This document shows positions 53,883-64,000 of a DNA stretch of 64,000 nucleotides, in pieces. The position numbers and the translations under genes are program-made. The stretch spans positions 2,480,001 through 2,544,000 of the forward strand of contig CM022670.1 in the NCBI GenBank assembly GCA_012295275.1. Direction: 5' to 3'. This DNA comes from Chrysomallon squamiferum. Its lineage: Eukaryota; Animalia; Mollusca. Position 1 is the first letter of the stretch, and every line of letters begins with the position of its first letter. The notes below the pieces were generated by a model. It did no database searches, was not told the DNA's origin, and worked only from the letters and a program-made list of their open reading frames with translations.

Positions 53883-54101
53883 TTTTCTCCAGGCCAGTCT
53901 GGTGTTCGTGGTGACGGGCGTTCTCCGCAGCCACTTTGAGCAGACCCTGTATGTTGAGGAGCAGTGTTTCGATGGAGGAGATGCCGTTCACGTCTCCACT
54001 GAACACAGGCTTGTTGTGTTCCTGGTTCTGACTCGACGACTTGTCACCGTTTTCGTCAATGTTGTGGAAGGAGTTGCTCAAGTCTTCACTCTCAGCCAGG
54101 T
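53883..54101 (-). CDS. dac: Dachshund homolog, exon containing the start of DD2/DACHbox-C
   Basis: Minus-strand acceptor ttttcttcacag and donor A|GTAAGT; 219 nt, phase 1-1. Encodes LAESEDLSNSFHNIDENG...GISSIETLLLNIQGLLKVAAENARHHEHQTGLEK. SSIETLLxNIQGLLKVA is the hallmark DD2 motif of Dachshund/DACH proteins. Confidence 0.96.
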
Positions 54102-54681
54102 CTGTGAAGAAAACAAAACAACAATGTAAATATAATAATAATAATATTATTAATAATAATAATAATAATAATAAAAATAAAAAATAATAATAAAAGTAAC
54201 TAAGAACAACAATAATTTGCTTTTAAATGACAGGATCAGCTGACTTTGTCAATTTGGTCTTTGACATTTTCTAAATTTTGGTATTTACATTTTACACTTA
54301 CTATCTAATATGCTCTGTTATTGAATGAATAAATGAACAAATAACTATGATGATGGTGATGATCAGTGTAATGATGATAATGATGAAAAAGCAGAAAACA
54401 AAATTTTTTAAAACTCATGAATGTTATTTTTTATTTCTTTATGCAACCAATACCTTCCTGAAATCTGTTTGCGCTTGTATTTTAATATATTTTTTATTTC
54501 ATAAACATGCTTCAACAATGTAAAAAAAATATTTTTTTATTTCTTACATGTAATTATTTCCATGAGAAACCAGTATACTAGGACATGAAATGTACATCCA
54601 TAATCCTGTCTTACACAGAATATAAACATCTTTTATATTATTTTCATATACTAAATTGCATATAAACGAGTTTTGAAGCAA

Positions 54682-54719
<38 letters not shown>

Positions 54720-54972
54720 AAAAACGAAAAGATACAGACACACAATGAAAATTGAAATCATATTTTTAAAAGTGGTTTGACATGTCTAGATACATGTATT
54801 GCGTATTTTGTTTACTTCAAGCATGTCTGTGTATTCTACACAGAGTGTGGTCTGAAATCTTTATATGTACTTATTTTTATTTTACACTCTTCATTTTAAA
54901 ATGACAAATTTAGATAGAGAGAGGGAGATGGGAAAGATACTGACTCATACAAAATGAGACAGAGACAGAGAC

Positions 54973-55052
<80 letters not shown>

Positions 55053-55962
55053 TTTTTTTTAAAATAAAGTTTTATTATGATCTGCCAGTATTCATTTAAT
55101 GTGTGTGTGGCCAAGGAATCACTTAAGCTAATCATAATTATTTCAATTTATAACTGTATTTATTTATTTTCATACACTTAATCAAAATTACTCAATTTAA
55201 CATCAGTGTATTCTGAGAAATGTTATGGATGGTATAAATTCATAAGTAATTGTTATATATTAAATGTGGATTTTAGAAAGTGCATTAAAATCTTTATGTA
55301 ATTTTATGCATAATTTTAGTAATATTAGTATTAGTATTATTGCTATTGTTATCATTTTTATTATTATTATTAAGTTGTTTTTGTGAATTACATTTTTGTA
55401 GTTATTTTTAACACTGCAAATATATGTAATACTTTTTTTTTATATGGTTCATCATCATTATGATAAAGTAAATGTATGCTATACAATTCAGTTGTTATTT
55501 TTATATACCAAAATATTTATATATATAATTTTATAATTATTATTATTATTATTTTTTAATACAAGTGCAATTTTCATTATGGCAAAATAAACAGTCATTT
55601 TTATACAGCAAATTTATTTGTTATTTTAAACTGTACATTTTTGTAAAGAGAATTTTTATGTTTATAAATTATTATTTTAAAAATGTAATTATATAAATTG
55701 TCATGGAAAATTTAATATCTTTATTACACAGAACACAAGTAAGTGGTTATGAAAAACTATTTTTGAAGAGTTACTGGTAACATTTAAATAATTTTTATTT
55801 CCATTTTATTACATGAAAATACAGTAACAAAAAGTTAATCAGATCATAAAATGTTTTTAGTGCATGTAAATACCATCAAATTAAAAGAAAAAATATCTCT
55901 TTTTTAACGAAAAAATATATACATTTACATTAAGAAAAGTAATAATAATAATAATAATAATC

Positions 55963-56023
<61 letters not shown>

Positions 56024-57104
56024 GCATGAACTTAAAAGAAATAATAAAAGTAACTTAAAATAAAGAATAAATATATTTTATATATACATTTATATAAAAA
56101 AGATTAGTTATGATGTAAAATAATTGTAAATATTGCAATGAAAATTAAAATTAAAGAAAATAATTTGTTAATGAATAAAAAACACATCTAAGTATCAATT
56201 AATTTAAAGCTAATAGTTGTATGAATAACGACAAATAAATATGGTGATAGTTAAAATTACATTTTAAAAAGATATTACTAAACTGAATTTTATGAACAAT
56301 AAAAATTGGGGTTTTTAAAATTATAATATTATTCAAAATAAATTTAGATAATTTAAAAATAAAAATAGATTTATATAATAAAAATATATGTGTTTTATCC
56401 TAGTTTGAAAACCAAATATCTGAAAACTGTAATATAGATATATATGTATAATTATTTGTGTAATCAAAAATAGTTGTGAAGTAAATAAATAAATAAATAA
56501 ATAAACAAATATAATATAATAATTAATAAAATAAATACACCCCCAAAAAAAAAACCAACTAATTTTGTAATTAATTAATAAAATTAAAATGAAATACTGG
56601 AACAGAACACACACAATGTAACAGAATGTATATATATATATATATATATACATGTAATAAAAAAAACTTTTACCAAGGGATTACAAAGATATGTAAGTTG
56701 ATATAAAGAAATACTGAAAATATACAGTTAAAATAACAACCTAATAATAATAATAATAATAATTTACATTAATATATAAATTAAATACAGGCACACTGAA
56801 AGTTAATTTACTTAATAATATCCTAATACATGAAACAGTAATAATTATTTACCATGACACTACACAGATATATAAAGAGGCATAAAGATGCATGATTTCA
56901 CAAGCAGATCTCAGATTGCAATATAATTACTGTGAGAATACACAGAAATATGAAATTATCATTACGAGAGTCACGAGGTATAGGACTAACCCTGGATTGC
57001 TTTTTGACAAACTCTCCAACCATTAGCAGGGCTTCTCGTTTGCCTTCCATAACAACATCTTTTTAACTCTTTAACTTTTCTAATTACTTCTCCAGAAAAA
57101 TGAA

Positions 57105-57145
<41 letters not shown>

Positions 57146-57610
57146 TTTAAGAAATGAACTATGTATGTAATAATAAGCAAAGCTGAACGAATACGAAGGA
57201 GCAAATCCAGAATTTGGGAAAAGGGGATGATGTGGGTTTGAAGAAGAACACCGAGTAAGCTTTTTAAGAAATGAGCTATGTAAAGTAATAAGTAATTTTT
57301 TCCCAAGAGATCTAGAATTTCAAAAAAAAGAAGGTGCTATCAGCATGAAGTAAAAACTACAATAACAAAAAAAATATCCTGTCTCAAAACAAACAAAAAC
57401 GGAACAAGAAACAAGTTTTTAACAAATGAAATGAATACAAAGTAAGAAATGTTTAGATTTGCTCAGGTCTGGATTTCACAAAGGGGCAGTTCCCATCAGC
57501 TGATATGTTGTAAAATAATTTTCAAGATGAAATGAGTAATAACTTTATTTCAAAGAGAAACCCTCTGGATCCATTATTATTTCTCTCTTTCCATCTACTC
57601 TGAAACACAG

Positions 57611-57643
<33 letters not shown>

Positions 57644-59682
57644 AACACACACACACGTAGAGAGAAAGATAGATATAGATGGATAGATATAATCTGTTTA
57701 TTACACACACTGGGAAAGATGCATTTTTCCAAAAAGGTGTTCTTAACATTTATTTTAAACTGTCATAAAAAAAAAAAGAAGAGAGAAGCCCTATGATTTC
57801 TTTCTTTGTAGTGAAAGTGGCTGTGCGTATGTGCCTCGTAACATCTGATGTTTGTTTTTAAGAAGTTTTATTCGATATAGATGAAAGCAGTGACATCATA
57901 AGCCAGTGTGCTAAGATGAAAATTACAACCATCAGGAGATTTAAACTGTTAGCGTTCCCAAAGATATTCGTTTAATTGCTTTTCATTCCCCACTGGCCGA
58001 GTCAGTTAGCTGGGTGAGATCTGTGTGCAGCCAGTGCAGGCTAAACTTTGATATGCGTATCATTAACAGGTTCTCCTGAAATTAACACTGCAGATTGGAG
58101 AAGCAAAATCAACATTTTATCAAGAACAAAGTCATAAATAACGATCACATAGAAAGCTGGAAAAGAAGAAGAAAAAGAAGAAGAAGAAAAAAAAAAAAGT
58201 ATAAAGCAAAAATGAAAAAGAAAAATAATTTAATGTAAGAATTTAAAAAAAAAAAAAAAAAAAAAAAGGAATAATACTGAAGTAAAAATTAAAACAGATA
58301 AAGTGAAAATGAAATTAAAAAAAAAAAAGAAAAAAAAAGGCAGCTTTGAAAAAAGATAATATTTAAAGTAAAAATGAGAAAATAATTTTAAAATTAAGGT
58401 AAAAATTAGAACATGAAAATAAAAGAAAAAGACAAAAAATATAATATCCAAAAAAAAAAAAAAAAAAAAATAAAATAAAAAATAAAAAATAAAAAAATTG
58501 AAAAAGATAAATCAATCAGTGATATTCTAATATTTCTTTCAGTTTTCAAATAAAAACTGTTTAGAATTTCAGGTAATGTACTATGTATTATTAAAAATAA
58601 TTAAACGTTTATAACTTACGGGGAAAAGAATGGATTTCAGGCTGAAATAATACTACTACTAATACTACTAGTAATACTACTAATACTAACATTAACACTA
58701 ACACTAATACTAATAAATAAATAAATAAATAAAAATAACTAGAATAAAGATAAACCAGTTAAACATGTGTATGTCTCATCTACAAAAGCATTGTAATTTT
58801 TCATATAAATATAGATATTATTACTAACACACAGACAGACATACAGACATAGAATTAAGTACAAAAATGTGATACTATTCCATGATGCATATGTAACATG
58901 TATGAACAAGCAGAGTTTCAGATTTGCACAAGAACATTTTCTTACATGCACTTACTTGTAAACTGATAACGACATAACGTTAGGCAATTTATTATTGGAA
59001 TGTTCGGTATTACATTTCTTACTTATTGTGTTATGATGATATTAATTTCCAGTTAAACTGCACTGTCCTCATAAACATTTTCTTGCTGGAGAAAAGGGTT
59101 TAAAACACTGCTTGTTATTTAAATCTGATGTAACTAAATAACACAACCTTATATGTGATGTATTCAGAGTATTTAATATAACTGAATATTCTCTTTATGT
59201 AACATATATACACACACACACAGAAATACACACACCCATACACAAGCTCAGACTGAATGTATTAACGAAGTATGATAGCTGTTAAGTAAATGATATTGAA
59301 TGTCTATTATATTTTTAAGTACCAGTGTAAAATAAAATAATTATTATCAGCTGATTGATTGTCTCTCTCTCTCTCTATTTTATTTCTAATATACACTCTT
59401 TGTTTTCTCTCTCCTTCTTTTTTGCTACATAATGCTTATAATCCATACAATCAAAAACCCAAAGGTAATTAAAGTAAGTGGCATATATATATTTTTTCTT
59501 TCCATTGCTCTCTCTCTCTCACCCACCCCACAGAAAGACATCATACCACAGTTTCAATCACCAGTAATATTTTATAAGAGTGAACCAAAGAGAAACTGGT
59601 CCACACACACACAGACACACACACACACACACACACACAGACAGACAGACACACACACAGACAGACACACACACACAGACAC

Positions 59683-59717
<35 letters not shown>

Positions 59718-62700
59718 CACACACTGTGTTGAAGCAGTGAGGCCTGATTAATGTGAAACGACGTAGACTCCACTCAGCTGTTGGCAGTGTTAATTAAACA
59801 GATATGGACTCGGTCATTTGGATCTATCAATTACAACAAGTGAGAAACCTGTCGAAGCGACCAGCAGAGCGGAACACTTGTTTAATTGTTCACATACATT
59901 TCCTGTCACGGCAATTTGAGACAAGTTTCGTTAACAGTGCTGCGATACGTAACAAATCAGATCCATACACAACAGCCTTGATCTGAGAGCTGAATTTAGA
60001 CACAGATTACAATCCAATCTATCTGAAATCATATCAGTGACACTGTAGAATAATTGAGAACATGTAACTGTAGACTGAGTATGGGTGTTGTTTTGTGTGT
60101 TATGGAAGGTTTCGTGAAATAACAAAAACAAACAAAAAAATACTTTTGCAGAAATTGGCCGACTCCTACACAGTTGTAAAATAAATGTTACCTTCGTATA
60201 AATGAATGTTTTAGTTATTTACATATAACTGTGTAATCGCAATAAATGTTTTATGTTCAGGAGGGGTTGTAATCACATAATACAAATGATTGTATAAAAG
60301 TAATAAAACTGCCGAATTCTGAATGCTCTTAATAAAAATGTCAGAAGCAAGGTTGAGGATATCTGCAAGCAGACAGACAATTGTGGGATTATACAAATAT
60401 GAAGTAGGAAGCAGAGTCTGGGATATCTAAAATCACAGAAACAACTAGAACAATACAAATGGGTTCAGAAAGCACTCACTGGTGCATCTAAAACTGCAGA
60501 AAATTTTCAAATAATTCAAATATGTTGCAGAGAGAACGAAGGGCTATTCAAACTGTCAAGTTCTAAGAAATATAATATGTTGTTGTAACAGTTTAAATAA
60601 AAGACTAAGATACCTGGGTCTAACTGTATGTAATATATGTGTGTGCTCTGTTGTAAGGGCAGGATTAATCATTTGCATCAGGTTTCTGTGAAAAAGTCAC
60701 ACCTGTGTATTATGCTGTATAGGTAATGCCACAGGAATGTTCGTAGGTATGTAACATAAATGGCAGAGTTTAAAATGTTTGAAACTTACAGTGATAAATG
60801 CCCAGATAAAAGAAATCACGTGAAACGGTAGGTAAGAGTAGAGTTTAACTTACACACTGTTACCTGTATCCAGTTACACGTTTTATCAATGATGAGGATT
60901 TTTACAAATATTTCAATCTAAGATATTCATTAATATGATAACAACAAAAAGAAAAATAAATATTATTATCGAGAGAGGGAAGGAGGGAGAAAAAGATACA
61001 GAGAGGGAGAGAAAGAAAAAGAGAAAAATAAAAAGAGTGAGAGAAAGGGATAGAGAGACACAAACATAGAAGAAAGGAATGAGAGTCAAAGAGAGAAAAA
61101 ACATAAAGAAAGAGAAAAAGAAAGAGAAAAAGAAAAAGAAGGACAGAAAGAAAGCATAATGCAGTCAGTATCCATATTTGAATATCTTATATAAATTAAT
61201 TTTTTATTTGCATAATGTGATATTTGTCTACATCTTTCTAATTATGTTTTAAACTTTAAAGATGTTCTCCTTCTACTCTGATATTTTACCATCTTCCCAG
61301 TCACCTCTTTCAGTCACCCCTTTCAGTCACCAATATAAAATAAACAAAGAATCAGAAACACACACACAAACCACTCATTGTTAAACCTAACAATGACAAT
61401 AATTTTAAAACCCTGACTGGAAGGAAAAAGAAAAATTACGACAAAAAAAAAGTTTATAAATTAACAATACATGTGTAATGCTAATTCTCTTTCTAAACTG
61501 TTATTCACCTTTTTCAAATTAAATTTCTTCTTTATTTAAAGTTTATTATTATTATTTTTTTTTTTACAAAAAGGGTTAAAAATAATTAAAAAATAAAAAT
61601 AAAATGGATACTGTTCATCTTTATTACATGATGCGAGTAATATATGCAGAGATAAATATTGAGAATATGTTACAGTAAGTTAATTCCTTTAATGTGCAGA
61701 TTAGCTACGAAAAAGCCAGCAATAATTTAGAGGCATGTGGAAATGATTAAACCAGATTTTCTTTATTGAGAAGCCTTTGATGTAAAATACATTCAAACTG
61801 ATTAAAAGAATTTGCCAATTCATGCTAAAATGTTTTTAGCGTATCAGCACTCAGTCTGTGGTGTCATTTACACATGCTGACATGGAGCGTTGAAATACGG
61901 CATCTCTTTTGATTTTTCTTTTTTTCTAACACTGATGTATGTTTCAAGTTAAATAGTTTTAATAACAGCATAAGTCTCGGTTCAAATTAATTCCTGTTTA
62001 TAAGAGATTTTTTTTCTTTTCTTGTTTTGTTATTTTTTGAAACTGTTATTTAGATCCAATGTATTAAACACAAAGAAATGTTGAAACTGACAGTGTAGGC
62101 AGCATTATTGTCTGTTTTTTTTCTTCTGATTTTTCTTTTTCTTTTTTAAATTAAGGTTGCTTTTTTATATTATTAGTTAAAATACAGAATTTTGTAGTGG
62201 AAGATGCATTTCTTTTTTAAATAAATTATATTTGGGAGTATTAAAGGTGAAAAATGTAACAGGAAAAAAAACAGCTTTAAAAAAAAGTATAAAAGATAAG
62301 TTATTCTGTTTAAAGATGTACATAAATATTAAAAAATTATTTTGATTTTTAACAAGAAACATCAAATACAAAAGAAAAAAAATATAATTATAAAATTAAG
62401 GAAAACTAAATTTTAAATATTAAACCATAAATATATTATGAATTTTTTTTTATTGCCTTTTTTTTAATTATTATTTTTTGTTGCTGTTGTGGTTGTTGTA
62501 TTATCATACTGGCAGCAACAATCTTCATCTAAGATACATATAATAATAATAATAATACTAGAAGTAGCAGAAAGTGTAATAATCATTTTCAACATCATCT
62601 TCATCATCATCATCATTCCTCTTCTGGTTGTTGTATAAACCACATACAAAAACTCATATGACAGGCCTATGATAATCCACAGCAAACTAAAACACAGCCA

Positions 62701-63299
62701 AAAAGAAGACAAAGAAACCGAACCGAAACAAAAACAAACAAAACTATTCAGTCAATTAATTAACAAAGCCTTCAAAAAGTCACGGCAAACATGGATTCAG
62801 TGAGTAAATAGACTGGTCCTTGACTGTTTGCTGTTTGCACTGCCTTTCAAGTGCAGTGGAATGGGGTACATGTTACAGGTGTGTTAATTGGAAAATCTCA
62901 TTGTGTTTATGCCAGACATATTTGTTGACCCTTCTGGCTGGTAATTAACTGCCATTCACCTGTGATGGTGTTCAATTAAGTCCAGTCAGTTTAATAAACA
63001 ACCCACTGATGGAAAAATCTCTCTGATAAAGACAGCTAAACACCACCAAGCTCTGCAGGTGTGTTTGGGGCGGGGACAGATGTGGAGGACAGACATGGGT
63101 GGGAAAATTACTTCTGGGAGGAAATATTTGATTTAGAATTAAATTGTTTTATACGTTTGGTAAAAGGTCTAATAGAAATGCAGTTTATTTTTATTTTATA
63201 ACCATCATCAAACAGATGGAAAATAAAGTTTGTTGCTATTTTATAGGTAATGTAGTTTATTATTATCTCATAGGTAATATAACATATTGTTATTTTTTT

Positions 63300-63460
63300 G
63301 ACATAGTTTATAATTGTTTTATGGATAATGTGACAGTACTGACAGCAGATCAAAAAGCAGCAAGGGATCTTTTATACAGAGAAAATCTCACACCATAGCT
63401 TTCAGTAAAGCTAGTCAAGTAGGATTACTGTATGGGAAGGAAAATAATCATTTAGGTTCA
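63300..63460 (-). mobile_element. Decayed SINE fragment, same family
   Basis: agcagcaagggatctttttata resembles the reverse complement of 37568-37590. Boundaries are approximate. Confidence 0.45.
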
Positions 63461-64000
63461 GGTATCTTTTTATTACCTGTGTAAGTGATTAATACCAGTC
63501 CACAGTTCTCCACCCATCGGTTTGCAATAATAACAATGATGATGATGATGATGATGATGATGATAATAATGAAAATGGAGAGGTTGTGACCACTGTGTAT
63601 TTTTAAGACTTAGGTAAAAATACTTTTTAAATTCGACAACAGAACAGTAGAAAATAAATGATCTGAGGTTTTTTTACCCCTTATTTACAAACATAAAAGT
63701 TTTGAAGAAAAAAAAAAGAAGTAAATAAAAACAAAATTAAAAACAAAATTATTAAAATAAATAAAGAAAACAAATATTTATGAAATATTTCTTAAACAAC
63801 CATTACCGTTAAATCACTAACAACTATTACTACAACCATCACTGACACCACCATCACCACCACTACTACTACTACTACACTGTTACTTCCAATTATTATT
63901 ATTATAACAATAATATTATCACTTCTGTCTTGGTATATGTCAGTATATTTATCACAACAATTTTCTTGCAGGTTTGTAGGTGAAGTCTACTTTTCATAAA

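Noticed and set aside
58620-58641. Possible 22-nt dac microexon (tatttcag|...|gtaagt on the minus strand)
   Set aside because: The acceptor is preceded by many AG dinucleotides and lacks a pyrimidine tract, and the upstream phase is unknown. Not supportable without transcripts.

Overview
This is eukaryotic, AT-rich, microsatellite-dense animal DNA. It is most likely molluscan or gastropod, inferred from a protein motif and a SINE family recalled from memory and not verified by search. Two intron-containing genes converge tail to tail. (1) On the + strand (about 1.1-4.1 kb) is a single-pass membrane protein with an IgGFc-binding/FCGBP N-terminal domain, an EGF repeat, a CxCxC/basic juxtamembrane motif and a TM helix. 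Its first visible exon carries an apparent +1 frameshift, and its start/signal exon was not identified. (2) On the - strand is the 3' half of a dachshund (dac/DACH) gene: five coding exons (54101-53883, 34745-34662, 34294-34145, 33822-33757, 31786-31677) encode the DD2/DACHbox-C coiled coil and C-terminus, with a 19-kb intron splitting DD2 and a probable 3.7-kb 3'UTR. The 5' half of dac lies beyond position 64000. About 23 kb of gene-free, CpG-retaining DNA separates the genes. The rest is simple repeats, minisatellites, decayed SINE and MITE-like copies, and unique islands that look regulatory. Nearly all listed ORFs are low-complexity artefacts. I found no CRISPR, rRNA, tRNA or prokaryotic-type system, and no clearly new biological system.
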